In this document: in pieces, positions 1 to 9,722 of the stretch
Layout: each line of letters opens with the position of its first letter
Numbering within the stretch: position 1 is the first letter of the stretch
NCBI GenBank assembly: GCA_047610085.1
Contig: JBLFZD010000001.1
Span: 1 to 53,943, forward strand
From: Ilumatobacter sp.
Lineage (GTDB): Bacteria; Actinomycetota; Acidimicrobiia; Acidimicrobiales; Ilumatobacteraceae
DNA: 53,943 nt
Reading direction: 5' to 3'
Translations under genes and position numbers: made by a program
The notes under the pieces: generated by a model
What the model was told of the DNA's origin: nothing
The model's database searches: none
The model's input: only the letters and a program-made list of their open reading frames with translations

Positions 1-146
1 TGCCGAACGTGAGCAATGGCAACACCTACGCCCCGACGATGATGATTGCCGAGAAGGCCGCCGACCTGATTCTCGGCAACACGCCGCTTCCGCCAGATCA
101 CACCGAGGTCTATCGGGGTGACGAAGTTGAAGGCGGCCGCCGGTAG
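1..146 (+). CDS. GMC oxidoreductase (choline dehydrogenase-like), C-terminal fragment truncated by the window edge
   Basis: Frame from nt 3 reads PNVSNGNTYAPTMMIAEKAADLILG...*, matching the GMC C-terminal GNTxAPtxMIAEKAAD motif; TAG at 144-146. Confidence 0.85.
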   Translation, partial: PNVSNGNTYAPTMMIAEKAADLILGNTPLPPDHTEVYRGDEVEGGRR

Positions 147-150
147 CGCT

Positions 151-1914
151 TCACCAATATTCTTCGAAGTGGATGTTGCCGGGGCTGTTGCGCTGATCGA
201 CGCTGAAGCCCTGCTCGCTTAGTAGTTGTACGACGCCAACGGTCTCAGGGAATTTCAGCTCGCCGTCGACTTCTTCGGGGATACCGATCATCGCAGGGTT
301 ACCACAGAGGTACACGTGGGTCGTCTCGGGCGAGATCGTGACGCCGAGCTTCTCACTGAAATCATTGTCCTTGATGAGGTCCTGGAGGTAACGCTTTGGC
401 ACGCCGGGTTCGCGAGTCGGCATCGGCACATAGTGGTAGTTGGGATACCGAGATTCCAGTTCACGGTGCTTGGCCTCGTAGCCGAGATCCTTTGATTCGC
501 GCACGGTGACCGCCGAGATGATTGGGCCGGTGTGGCCCTTGCGAAGCAGTTCGACGACCATGCCGTTGTGGGGAGCCTCGCCCGTGCCGGTCGAGAAGAA
601 GACAATCTCGGCCTTCGGGTCGATCACCGGTTTGAGCGTGTAGCGGCCGGCGACCTTCGGGCCGAGGTAGATCCGGTCGCCGACTTCCTTGAGCGCAAGA
701 CGAGGTGTGAGCGCAGGTGTGTTGTCCTCGGTCGGCGGCACGAGGACGATATAGAACTCGAGTTCGTCGATTCCGTTGTCATCGGTGAGGTAGCCGTGCT
801 CGTCATACATCCGGCTCGAGATCGAGTACGAACGGCGAATTAACTTGTCCCAACGCTTCTCTGCGTCGGGGTCGAGCGCGCCGTCGATTCGCGCTTCCCA
901 AAACCCGAGTCCGAGTGATGCGTATTGGCCCGGTAGATAGGACGTGTCGCCGTGGTCTGGCCTCACGCGGAGCACCCAGAGGTCCGAGTGAGTGGGTTCA
1001 AACGCCGTAATCGTGGCGTTGTAGTGCTCTTCACGAAGTTCTTCGATGGCGCCAACATGCTTGGTGCGGCGCTCGGTGACCGAGGGGAGTGGAGCAACAT
1101 CAAGTTCGGGGAATAGCGCGGTGGCGATATCGACACCCACTCGCCAACCCGGTGCGGTGGTTACCGGATTGCCCTCACCCGGGTCGCCGATAAACCAGAC
1201 CTTGCCGGTCTCGAGTGCGGCATCGGACACGCCGACGTCTGCAGGCGAGAACATGATGCGAGGGGGAGCGAACACCACGTGATCAAACTGGAGGTCGGGC
1301 GTGCGGCGGTCACCGAAATCGGCCATCGGGTACTCACCAACGAGGGTGAACTGCTTTGGTGTCGAGCGGTACAGCAGGGTAGCCACTCGCTCGCGCTCGA
1401 GGCGGCGCAGCACGCTTGCGCCGGCGGGCGAGAGTTGCGTCGGGTCCATGCCGCTCGCCGCCAACACCACCCGGTTCCCTGTGTCGGCGAACTGAGCGGA
1501 GAGTTCGACGGCGTGATCGGAGAGTCCGACCACAAGAATGTCTTGATCGGTGAGGCCCGTTGTTTCACCGATGTGGATCCGGTCGCTGTCTGGCACGGTG
1601 ACCGCCGGGGACCAATCGGTGTCAGCGTGGCGATCGGCGACCAACACAGCCTTCGCGCGGTAGCTGAGCCGATTGGTGCTGACGACGAGGTGCTCACCCA
1701 CGGGTTCCACGGAGGTCACCGTTTCACCGAACCCGACATCGAGTTGGTTTGGTCCGATGAGGTCGGGCAAGGCCACTCGCGAGCTGGACTCGACAACGCG
1801 AACGCGCCGCAATCCCGATCGAAGTGATGAGATCGCCACCGAGAGTCCACCTGACGAACCACCGATCACAATGAGGTCGTAGACGGTCGAAGGCGTTGAA
1901 TCATTCTGAGCCAT
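151..1914 (-). CDS. Ferredoxin/flavodoxin-NADP+ reductase with an N-terminal degenerate FAD/NAD(P)-binding (TrxB-like) module
   Basis: C-terminal half has RRSYSISS, STGTGEAP, YLCGNPAMI and ends HFEEYW (bacterial FNR). N-terminus YDLIVIGGSSGGLSVA is Rossmann-like. Start placed at ATG 1914, 6 nt after CACTCT. Confidence 0.8.
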   Translation of the reverse strand: MAQNDSTPSTVYDLIVIGGSSGGLSVAISSLRSGLRRVRVVESSSRVALPDLIGPNQLDVGFGETVTSVEPVGEHLVVSTNRLSYRAKAVLVADRHADTDWSPAVTVPDSDRIHIGETTGLTDQDILVVGLSDHAVELSAQFADTGNRVVLAASGMDPTQLSPAGASVLRRLERERVATLLYRSTPKQFTLVGEYPMADFGDRRTPDLQFDHVVFAPPRIMFSPADVGVSDAALETGKVWFIGDPGEGNPVTTAPGWRVGVDIATALFPELDVAPLPSVTERRTKHVGAIEELREEHYNATITAFEPTHSDLWVLRVRPDHGDTSYLPGQYASLGLGFWEARIDGALDPDAEKRWDKLIRRSYSISSRMYDEHGYLTDDNGIDELEFYIVLVPPTEDNTPALTPRLALKEVGDRIYLGPKVAGRYTLKPVIDPKAEIVFFSTGTGEAPHNGMVVELLRKGHTGPIISAVTVRESKDLGYEAKHRELESRYPNYHYVPMPTREPGVPKRYLQDLIKDNDFSEKLGVTISPETTHVYLCGNPAMIGIPEEVDGELKFPETVGVVQLLSEQGFSVDQRNSPGNIHFEEYW

Positions 1915-2059
1915 GTTCACAGAGTGCCAAACCTCGGAGCATCGAGGCGCATTCCACGTCGAACGAATTCAGATTTGATAAAGATGCGCGGGATGACGCC
2001 GTCGGGAATCGAGGGAAATCGGCCCGACCGGAGTGGGCCGGCTACGCCAGACTTGCGGT

Positions 2060-2707
2060 GTGACACATATTGACCTGAGCCATGAGATCACTGCCGGAAT
2101 GGTGACGTACCCCGGGCTTCCCGCTCCCGAAGTTGCCGATCACATCTCACGCGAGGCCGCCGAGAAGATCTACGGGCCGGGCATCACGTTTCAGATTGGG
2201 ATGGTCACGATGTGTACAAACACCGGGACCTACCTCGACGTTCCGTTTCATCGGTTCGCAGATGGTCACGACTTGACCGGCCTCGACCTGGAGCGGGTGG
2301 CCGCGGTGCCGGGGGTCTGCTTGAACCATGTTGGAGACTCTGCGATCAACCTTGCCGGTGTGGACGTGTCGGGGCTTGCAGGTCACGCGGTACTGATCCG
2401 CACGGATCACTCGCAACACTGGGGGAGCGATGCCTACTTTGTCGATCACCCCTTCCTGACCGAGTCCGCGGCTGAGGCGTTGGTCGCAGCCGGGGTCGCC
2501 TGCGTCGGGATCGACACGCTCAACATCGATTCGACGCAAGGCGGCGAGCGGCCGGTTCACACCGCCCTGCTGGGCAACGAGATACCGATCATCGAACACT
2601 TGACGAACCTCGACCAGGTTCCGGCTGCCGGGTTTACATTCACGGCCGTGCCGCCAAAAATCGAAGGTTGTGGAACGTTCACCGTTCGCGCATACGCAAC
2701 AGGCTGA
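2060..2707 (+). CDS. Cyclase family protein (kynurenine formamidase-like metal hydrolase)
   Basis: IDLSH, NTGTYLDVPFH (variant of HxGTHxDxPxH), GIDTLNID, IIEHLTNL, and C-terminal PPKIEG...VRAYA. Confidence 0.85.
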   Translation: MTHIDLSHEITAGMVTYPGLPAPEVADHISREAAEKIYGPGITFQIGMVTMCTNTGTYLDVPFHRFADGHDLTGLDLERVAAVPGVCLNHVGDSAINLAGVDVSGLAGHAVLIRTDHSQHWGSDAYFVDHPFLTESAAEALVAAGVACVGIDTLNIDSTQGGERPVHTALLGNEIPIIEHLTNLDQVPAAGFTFTAVPPKIEGCGTFTVRAYATG

Positions 2708-2777
2708 GCGATTCGAGCGATTCGCACCGTGCGCCTCGATGAGTCGGCACGTTCTTCGCAGGTGTTACCGTTGTCAC

Positions 2778-3842
2778 ATGAGCGGACAGTTGGAACAGCA
2801 GGTCGCACTGATTTTGAAGGGGCTCAGCCCTGAAGCCGACCACATCGAGATCCTTGATTTTGGCCCGATTCCTGGCGGCTTCTCTCGTGAGACTTTCAGC
2901 TTTGATGCCGTGATCCACATCTCGGGGAGTCAGAAGCGCCACCCGCTGATCCTCCGCAAGGATCCACCGGAGTCGGTTGCCATCCTGGAGACGAGTCGGG
3001 CGGTTGAGCACGATCTGATCGAAGCGGTTCGGCGGCACACGCAGATCCCGGTTTCGGAGAGCCTCGGTCATGAGATGGACCGATCGGTCCTCGGGGAGGC
3101 AGCAATGATCCTTCGCCGGGCGGCTGGCAACCCGCTCACATCTGACCTGTTCCACGACGGGCCCGATACCGACCAAGTTGATGACGTCGTACGCCACCTG
3201 TGCGAATCGCTCGTCGAACTCCACCAGACCGACATCTCCACGCTCAATCCCGACGGTGAACTCGATGACCCGCGCCACGTTGGAATCGATGCGAGTAGCT
3301 GGGATCGCTATATGGATACGACGTTCGAGTATTACCTCGACCACTATTCCAAGATCAATCACGACCCAATGTTGTGTGTCTTGCTCGACACGTTTCTCAC
3401 GCTTCGGCGAAACAAGCCACGGCCACTCCCACTGTCAGTGATCCACGGCGACTTCAACCCCGCCAACTTCTTGTACGCCGACGGCAAGGTCACCGCACTG
3501 ATCGACTGGGAGAACGCCCGCGTCGGTGACCCACGTGAAGACCTTGGCTGGATGATGATGATGGACGATCTGTCGAACACCAAGATCATGCATCACCCCG
3601 CCGACGAGGGCGGGTTCTTGGCCTATTACAACAAGCTCACCGGCTACGAGATCACCGAGCAGGAGCTCGGTTACTTCATTCTGTTCGGCACAGGGAACAT
3701 CGCCGTGCCGATCAACGCGGCAATCAAACGCCGCGTGGACGGTGAGAATCGGGAACTCCTCCACCTCTACCTTGTCCAGTCCAGTACGGCGGCCCTGCCC
3801 GGCATTTGTGGCCTCCTCCAGTACCCGGGGGTCCCCGCATGA
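2778..3842 (+). CDS. APH/phosphotransferase family protein (ACAD10/11-kinase/LvaA-like)
   Basis: GGFSRETF glycine loop, LILRKDP, HGDFNPANFL catalytic loop, LIDWE, GDPREDLGW. Confidence 0.85.
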   Translation: MSGQLEQQVALILKGLSPEADHIEILDFGPIPGGFSRETFSFDAVIHISGSQKRHPLILRKDPPESVAILETSRAVEHDLIEAVRRHTQIPVSESLGHEMDRSVLGEAAMILRRAAGNPLTSDLFHDGPDTDQVDDVVRHLCESLVELHQTDISTLNPDGELDDPRHVGIDASSWDRYMDTTFEYYLDHYSKINHDPMLCVLLDTFLTLRRNKPRPLPLSVIHGDFNPANFLYADGKVTALIDWENARVGDPREDLGWMMMMDDLSNTKIMHHPADEGGFLAYYNKLTGYEITEQELGYFILFGTGNIAVPINAAIKRRVDGENRELLHLYLVQSSTAALPGICGLLQYPGVPA

Positions 3843-4345
3843 ACTCATCACCATCCATCGACCAGATGCTTGCCGGAGTGATTCTCTCCATCGACGACGA
3901 GATCCTCCCGGCTCTGAGCAACCCCAAGGCCCAGGCGACAGCCCAGATGATGCAGTCGTTGATCCAGGCTGTCCGCCAGATGCTTCCGGTGTTTGAGGAG
4001 CGAATTGTCAACGAGCACAACGACAGGATCCGGATGTTCCGTGACACCGCAGCAGCGATCGGCGAGGCCACCGGCCCAGCGGCTGATCGTGTTCGAGAGC
4101 GGGCTGCGACCCTTGGGACGTGGGCCGAACTACATGCGCCAAACGACGCGAACGCCATCATCGCGGCGCACACCGAACTGGGTCGAGCGATCGAGGCCAC
4201 GTTCCTCGACCTTGACGAACTACAGCGAGCGGGGGTCACGTCCGCCGACGAGGCGGTGCAGGTTGTTCGTGCTCACCTCGGACCGATCTACCTCGGCGAC
4301 GCACAGACGATGACGGTGGGCGAAGGCATGCTCGGTCGCGGGTAA
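3839..4345 (+). CDS. Small helical hypothetical protein translationally coupled to the APH kinase
   Basis: ATGA overlap with the upstream stop at 3839-3842; amphipathic-helix-like 168-aa sequence. Confidence 0.75.
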   Translation: MNSSPSIDQMLAGVILSIDDEILPALSNPKAQATAQMMQSLIQAVRQMLPVFEERIVNEHNDRIRMFRDTAAAIGEATGPAADRVRERAATLGTWAELHAPNDANAIIAAHTELGRAIEATFLDLDELQRAGVTSADEAVQVVRAHLGPIYLGDAQTMTVGEGMLGRG

Positions 4346-4398
4346 GTTGCGGCATGCCGCAACGAGGGAGCGGCGGGCGCACGTTGCCGGTCAGCCAA

Positions 4399-4830
4399 CT
4401 AGTTGAAATCGGGCAACGCGTCGACTTTGAAGGCCGCCACTCGGGCCCCGATCAGCTGGCCGGCTTTGGCTGCGGCAATGAAGTCAACAGGTTTCGACCG
4501 GCGTGGGTCGAGTTCTTTTGCGACGTACACGGCGACGCCATCGGTGACTGCTGCGGATCGGAACGCCACGCCGTCGTGGGTGTCGGTTGTGTGGGCAACG
4601 TCACCGAGATGGAGGTCGTAGGCGAACCCGTCGACCACAAGCGCAACAGCGGACGACGAGTCGCGTAACGGCGCGGGATAGTCACCGACTAAAGACATCC
4701 ACCGCTTCATGTCGCCCCACGTGGGTTGGCCGCCATCTGCGGTGGTAACCGCTTCGAGCGGGATAATCAGTTCGGCCCGCCCGTCGGCGACCGAGGTACG
4801 CGACCCTGGTCGCCGACGTCGAGTCATCAC
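4399..4830 (-). CDS. Hypothetical protein downstream of aconitase
   Basis: Protein-like 143-aa ORF starting 17 nt after the aconitase stop on the same strand, AGGA upstream; no motif recognised. Confidence 0.6.
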   Translation of the reverse strand: MMTRRRRPGSRTSVADGRAELIIPLEAVTTADGGQPTWGDMKRWMSLVGDYPAPLRDSSSAVALVVDGFAYDLHLGDVAHTTDTHDGVAFRSAAVTDGVAVYVAKELDPRRSKPVDFIAAAKAGQLIGARVAAFKVDALPDFN

Positions 4831-4847
4831 TCAATCCTGTTGGTCGT

Positions 4848-7115
4848 TCAGGCCTGCGACTTTTGGCGGATGATGTTTAGCGCTGAACCGGCCTTGAACC
4901 ATTCGACCTGCTCGGGGCTGAAGGTGTGCTTGGTCTCGAAGTCAACGGTTGACCCGTCGGGCTTGGTGATCTGGCACTGCACGTTCTGACCGGGGACGGG
5001 CGGCAGCGTCAGAACGCTGATGCGGTCGTCTTCGTCGATCTTGTCGTAGTCGGCGGGATCAGCGAACGTGAGCGGGATCATCCCCTGCTTCTTGAGGTTG
5101 GTCTCATGGATGCGAGCAAAGCTGCGGGCTATCGCCACCAAACCCAAGCGGAAGCGAGGCTCCATGGCGGCGTGCTCGCGGCTCGAACCTTCGCCCATGT
5201 TCTCGTCACCGATGACGATCCATGCCTGATCGGCCTCGTGGTACTCCTTGGCGATCTGTGGGAAGCGCTGTGTTTCACCGGTCAACTGGTTCTTACCGAA
5301 GCCGACTTCGTAGCCCTCGTATGCGCTCACGGCACCGAGGTAGAGGTTGCCCGAGATGTTCTCGAGGTGACCGCGGAACTTGAGCCATGGACCGGCCATC
5401 GAGATGTGGTCTGTCGTGAATTTGCCCTGTGCTTTGACCAGCACGGGGAGGTCGTTGTACCGCTCGAGTGGGATCGGGTTGAAGGGTTCGAGCACCTGGA
5501 GACGCTCGCTTGTCGGCGAAACGATGACTTCGATGTCGTCGGCGCCGTCGGCCGGGGGAGCGGTGAACGTGTCGACACCGGGGTCGAAGCCGGCGTCAGG
5601 CAGGACCTGGCCGACCGGAGCATTGAGGGTGATTTCCGAGCCGTCGGGGGCGGTGATCGTGTCGGCGGTCGGGTCAAAGTCGAGCTTGCCGGACAGTGCG
5701 ATTGCCATCACGGTGTCGGGCGACGTGACGAATGCAAGCGTGTTTGCCGAGCCGTCGTTGCGCTTCGGGAAGTTGCGGTTGTACGAGGTGACGATGGTGT
5801 TGATTTCTCCGGTGATCGACTCGGGCCGGCTCCACTGGCCGATGCACGGACCGCAGGCGTTAGCCAACACGGTTGCGCCGATGGCTTCGAGGTCGGCAAG
5901 CAGGCCGTCGCGTTCGATGGTCGCACGGGTCTGTTCTGAGCCTGGTGTGATCATCAGGTCGATCTTTGCGGTGAGGCCAGCGGCTGCTGCCTGGCGAGCA
6001 ATGGATGCGGCGCGGGTGATGTCCTCGTAGGAGGAGTTGGTGCACGAGCCAATGAGCGTTGCCGACGGCACGAGCGGCCAGCCGTTCTCACGAGCGGCGG
6101 CGCCGACCCCGGCGGCGCCGACCTGGTGCGCCAGGTCGGGGGTGTGTGGGCCATTGATGAGTGGCTTGAGTTCGTCGAGGTCAATTTCGAGGACTTGGTC
6201 GTACAGCGCACCGTCGTCAGCGCGCAGGTCGTCGATGACCTTGTCGGCTGCATCGGCGAGGCCCTCGCGACCAGTCGACTTGAGGTACGCACACATGTTG
6301 GCGTCGTAACCGAACAGCGATGTGGTGGCGCCGATCTCGGCGCCCATGTTGCAGATCGTGCCCTTGCCGGTGGCCGAAATCGAATCGGCGCCGGGGCCGT
6401 AGTATTCGACGATTGCTCCAGTGCCGCCCTTGACCGTGAGTTGGCGGGCAACTTCGAGGATGACGTCCTTCGGGCTCGACCAGTCGCTGAGGGTGCCGGT
6501 GAGCTTGACCCCGATGACCTTGGGCCACTTTACGTTCCAGGCAAAGCCGGTCATCACGTCGACAGCATCGGCGCCGCCGACACCGATGGCGACCATACCG
6601 AGGCCACCAGCGTTGGGCGTGTGGCTGTCGGTCCCGATCATCATGCCGCCGGGGAACGCATAGTTTTCAAGCACGACCTGGTGGATGATCCCCGAGCCAG
6701 GACCCCAGAACCCGATGCCGTACTTCGCTGAGACAGAACGCAGGAAGTCGTAGACCTCCTTGTTGGTGTCGACCGCCACGCCGAGGTCGATCTTGGCGCC
6801 GACCTTGGCCTGGATTAGGTGGTCGCAGTGCACGGTGGATGGCACGGCGGCTTCGTTGAGGCCGGCAGTCATGAACTGCAGCAACGCCATCTGGGCCGTT
6901 GCGTCCTGCATCGCGACCCGGTCGGGATGGAAATCGGCGTAGCTTTCGCCGCGCTCCAACTCCTGGTTCTCAGGGTCGGCAAGGTGGTTGATCAGGATCT
7001 TTTCGGTCAATGTGAGCGGGCGGCCGAGGCGGTCGCGGCCAAGCTGTACTCGCTCTGCAAGAGTGGCGTAGACGGCTTCGACGAGTTCGATCGGAGTGGT
7101 GGCGGTCGCTTTCAT
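4848..7115 (-). CDS. acnA: Aconitate hydratase, mitochondrial-like AcnA subfamily
   Basis: [25 protein letters not shown], [4Fe-4S] ligands [11 protein letters not shown] and [26 protein letters not shown]. Confidence 0.95.
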   Translation of the reverse strand: MKATATTPIELVEAVYATLAERVQLGRDRLGRPLTLTEKILINHLADPENQELERGESYADFHPDRVAMQDATAQMALLQFMTAGLNEAAVPSTVHCDHLIQAKVGAKIDLGVAVDTNKEVYDFLRSVSAKYGIGFWGPGSGIIHQVVLENYAFPGGMMIGTDSHTPNAGGLGMVAIGVGGADAVDVMTGFAWNVKWPKVIGVKLTGTLSDWSSPKDVILEVARQLTVKGGTGAIVEYYGPGADSISATGKGTICNMGAEIGATTSLFGYDANMCAYLKSTGREGLADAADKVIDDLRADDGALYDQVLEIDLDELKPLINGPHTPDLAHQVGAAGVGAAARENGWPLVPSATLIGSCTNSSYEDITRAASIARQAAAAGLTAKIDLMITPGSEQTRATIERDGLLADLEAIGATVLANACGPCIGQWSRPESITGEINTIVTSYNRNFPKRNDGSANTLAFVTSPDTVMAIALSGKLDFDPTADTITAPDGSEITLNAPVGQVLPDAGFDPGVDTFTAPPADGADDIEVIVSPTSERLQVLEPFNPIPLERYNDLPVLVKAQGKFTTDHISMAGPWLKFRGHLENISGNLYLGAVSAYEGYEVGFGKNQLTGETQRFPQIAKEYHEADQAWIVIGDENMGEGSSREHAAMEPRFRLGLVAIARSFARIHETNLKKQGMIPLTFADPADYDKIDEDDRISVLTLPPVPGQNVQCQITKPDGSTVDFETKHTFSPEQVEWFKAGSALNIIRQKSQA

Positions 7116-7130
7116 GCCTAACAGCATGCC

Positions 7131-7153
7131 ATGTAGACAAGTAGAGTACAAGT
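7131..7153. promoter_or_regulatory. Candidate GntR/HutC-family operator between divergent acnA and VOC-gntR
   Basis: ATGTAGACAAGTAGAGTACAAGT has ACAAGT repeated at an 11-bp period (7137-7142, 7148-7153); resembles HutC/DasR half-sites; lies in a 40-bp intergenic gap. Confidence 0.5.
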
Positions 7154-7155
7154 TC

Positions 7156-7557
7156 ATGACGAGTCAATTTTCAACTTCGACACCCGAATGGATCGGCATC
7201 GACCACGTTCAACTCGCTATTCCCGTCGACGGTGAAGACGTGGCCCGTTCGTTCTACGTTGGTGTCCTCGGGCTCACCGAAGTGCCGAAACCGGCGATCA
7301 TGGCCGGTCGCGGTGGTGCATGGTTTGAAGCGGGCAGCACTCGAATCCACGTCGGTGCCGAAGCCGAATTTGTGCCGGCTCGCAAAGCACACCCGGCGCT
7401 CACACTGCGCGGGTTGCGACGATTTATCGAGTCAGCCGACCTCGACCCGGTGTGGAACGACGAGATCGAGGGCTTGGTCCGATGCCATGTGTTTGACCCA
7501 TTCGGCAATCGAGTCGAGCTGATCGATGCCGACACGATCGTGAGCGACAAGCCATGA
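7156..7557 (+). CDS. VOC/glyoxalase family protein
   Basis: [35 protein letters not shown]. Confidence 0.9.
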   Translation: MTSQFSTSTPEWIGIDHVQLAIPVDGEDVARSFYVGVLGLTEVPKPAIMAGRGGAWFEAGSTRIHVGAEAEFVPARKAHPALTLRGLRRFIESADLDPVWNDEIEGLVRCHVFDPFGNRVELIDADTIVSDKP

Positions 7558-8279
7558 GGCACATTCGCTACCAGGAGATCGCTGATGAGCTCCGAGCGCA
7601 ACTCTCCGGTGCGTCGGTTGGTTCGGTCCTGCCCTCCGAGTCGGCGATGTCGATCGAGTTCAAGGCATCGCGAGTCACCATTCGGCGTGCACTCGAACTG
7701 GTTCGGGACGATGGGCTGATTGCCGCCCGACAAGGTTTTGGTTGGTATGTGGCCGGCGAACCGGTCCGGCAGTCGCTGCAGTCGCTTGGCACCATCGAGA
7801 GTCAGGTGGAGAACATCGGAAAAATTTCTGAGCGCAAGATTGAAGAGTTCGCGTTCGAAGTGGCGTCCGACCGTGTTCGAAAGATTCTTGACACGGAGCA
7901 GGTGCTCCGGGTCAAGCGAGTAAATCTGGCCGACGGCGAACCGTTTGCCGTTGTGACCGTGTGGTGCCCAGCAGACCTTGGAGCCACGTTCTCGCGGCGT
8001 GACGTCGAACGCCGCCCGTTCTACGAACTCCTCGATGTCAAGCTGCGCGGTGCCACCCAGACGATTGGAGCAGACCTCGCCAACGCTGCCGATGCCAAAC
8101 TGCTCGATGTCCCTGCGGGAGCGCCGCTGCTGCGTTGCCAGCGGGTCACCACTGACCACTCGGGCCGGGCGCTCCTCATGAGCGAACACCTCTTTCCTGC
8201 GCATCGCACCGAGTTTGTCGTTGACCTCCCCCAAGCCGAACCCAGCATGACTCCGAGCGGCGTCCGCATCGTTGACTGA
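7554..8279 (+). CDS. GntR family (HutC subfamily, UTRA domain) transcriptional regulator
   Basis: RYQEIADELR...LPSE...SRVTIRRAL...RQGFGWYV winged HTH followed by a UTRA-like domain; ATGA overlap with the VOC gene. Confidence 0.92.
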   Translation: MRHIRYQEIADELRAQLSGASVGSVLPSESAMSIEFKASRVTIRRALELVRDDGLIAARQGFGWYVAGEPVRQSLQSLGTIESQVENIGKISERKIEEFAFEVASDRVRKILDTEQVLRVKRVNLADGEPFAVVTVWCPADLGATFSRRDVERRPFYELLDVKLRGATQTIGADLANAADAKLLDVPAGAPLLRCQRVTTDHSGRALLMSEHLFPAHRTEFVVDLPQAEPSMTPSGVRIVD

Positions 8280-8453
8280 CCCGCAGCGTTTCTAGAGCAC
8301 TCTGACACGTCGCGCTGATGAGACTGTCTGCTCGAACGTCTCGCCTCGGAGCGATTGACCGCACCGGTGCTTTGTTGACTCGGGGTCGGGACGGCGGACA
8401 ATGTCGGCGTAAGGGTTCAAACACTCCCGAACGATGTTGTTCAGCGAACGGTG

Positions 8454-9722
8454 TCAGAGTCGACTGAAACGCTCGGCCTCCGCCGCAAAATCGGTACGGT
8501 CTGTTTCAGAAATCGTGGGCACGGTCGAGTCGAGCGCAGTGATGAGATCGCTGTCGGTGATGCTGGCCGTGGTGTCACCCTGGCGGACCGATCGAAAGAC
8601 CCCGGCGGCTGCCCGTTGGATGGCACTGGCGATGTCTGCTGGGGTCAAGCCATCTGTGGGCTCCACCATCGCGCTCGGGTCGACCGCTGATCCAGGAATT
8701 GCTTGGAGCATGTCGTTGAGTAACGCAAGACGCGCATTGGCATCCGGTGGACCGATGGGGATCACGAGGTCAAACCTCCCGGGGCGCACAACGGCGGGGT
8801 CGAGGGCGGCGATCGAGTTTGTTGCACACACCAAGAGCCGGCCTGGTGCCTCGCGCACTCGAACCATTGCTTTGAGGAGTTCGTTGACGACGGCCTGGGT
8901 CTCGGGCCGTGCCGCTCGCGAGCTCGCGATGTCGTCGACCTCGTCGATGAACACCACGACGTGTTCCAGACCGAGTAGATCATCAAAGGCCCGGCCGAGT
9001 TCGTCCGCCATCATCGCCGCCCCTTGCGCCCCGAGCTTCGAGGGCAGCAGCTCGACAAACGGCCATCCCAGCCGTCCCGCAATGGCTTTCGCAAACGATG
9101 TTTTTCCGGTGCCGGGTGGACCGAACAGCAGCATTGCCGACGGTGCGACCACCCCAAAGTGGCTTGCCAAGTCAGTCTCCATCAATGGTGCGAGTAGCCG
9201 TTGTTCAACGATGTCGCGTTGCATTGTGAGCCCAGAGAAGGATTCCCATCGAGAGGGAGCGATCAGTTCGCCGTTCCACCGTTCAAGAATCGAAAACGCT
9301 GTGGGACGCAGTGGCTCGTCCTTCTGGTAAAGCGCGAGGTTCGGCGTGACGTCGAAACCCCGATTGATCAGCGCGGCGGCGCCAACCTGGTCTTCGGTGA
9401 GTAGTGCAACGAGGCGGCGACAGCCTTCCTTGAGAAATGCTGCCTCGACGCGTCCAATCAACGCCGAGCCGATGCCGTGGTTTCTCCATTCGGTCGCAAT
9501 CGAGATTGCCACGATGCGCCCAACATCTCCTTCGCACCGGCCGACGAGGACGCCGACAATTGAATCACCAACGCAGGCCACGACGTTGGTCGTCGACGTC
9601 TTGAGGTCAACGATGAGCTCGCTCAATTCGACGTGAACGGCGTCATCGCGTGCATCTTTCTCAACAAGACGGACGATGGCAGGCAGATCATCGGCCTCGG
9701 AAATACGGACAGAAAAGGACAT
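8454..9722 (-). CDS. GNAT acetyltransferase-AAA+ ATPase fusion protein
   Basis: N-terminal GNAT motif A (EWRNHGIGSALI); C-terminal Walker A GPPGTGKT, Walker B VVFIDEVD, and SRH ATNSIAALDPAVVRPGRFD. Confidence 0.88.
   Translation of the reverse strand: MSFSVRISEADDLPAIVRLVEKDARDDAVHVELSELIVDLKTSTTNVVACVGDSIVGVLVGRCEGDVGRIVAISIATEWRNHGIGSALIGRVEAAFLKEGCRRLVALLTEDQVGAAALINRGFDVTPNLALYQKDEPLRPTAFSILERWNGELIAPSRWESFSGLTMQRDIVEQRLLAPLMETDLASHFGVVAPSAMLLFGPPGTGKTSFAKAIAGRLGWPFVELLPSKLGAQGAAMMADELGRAFDDLLGLEHVVVFIDEVDDIASSRAARPETQAVVNELLKAMVRVREAPGRLLVCATNSIAALDPAVVRPGRFDLVIPIGPPDANARLALLNDMLQAIPGSAVDPSAMVEPTDGLTPADIASAIQRAAAGVFRSVRQGDTTASITDSDLITALDSTVPTISETDRTDFAAEAERFSRL

Noticed and set aside
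2706-2724. GAGCGATTC x2 short duplication after the cyclase stop
   Set aside because: Only two copies of 9 bp; no functional context, plausibly chance slippage
2778-3842. Aminoglycoside resistance gene
   Set aside because: Length, motifs and the coupled partner fit the ACAD10/LvaA-like metabolic branch; no mobile context
8303-8343. Hammerhead-ribozyme-like core (GTC...CTGATGAG...CTCGAAC)
   Set aside because: GAAC instead of GAAAC, only 3 nt where stem I must form, and no proper stem II; better explained as a weak inverted repeat between convergent genes
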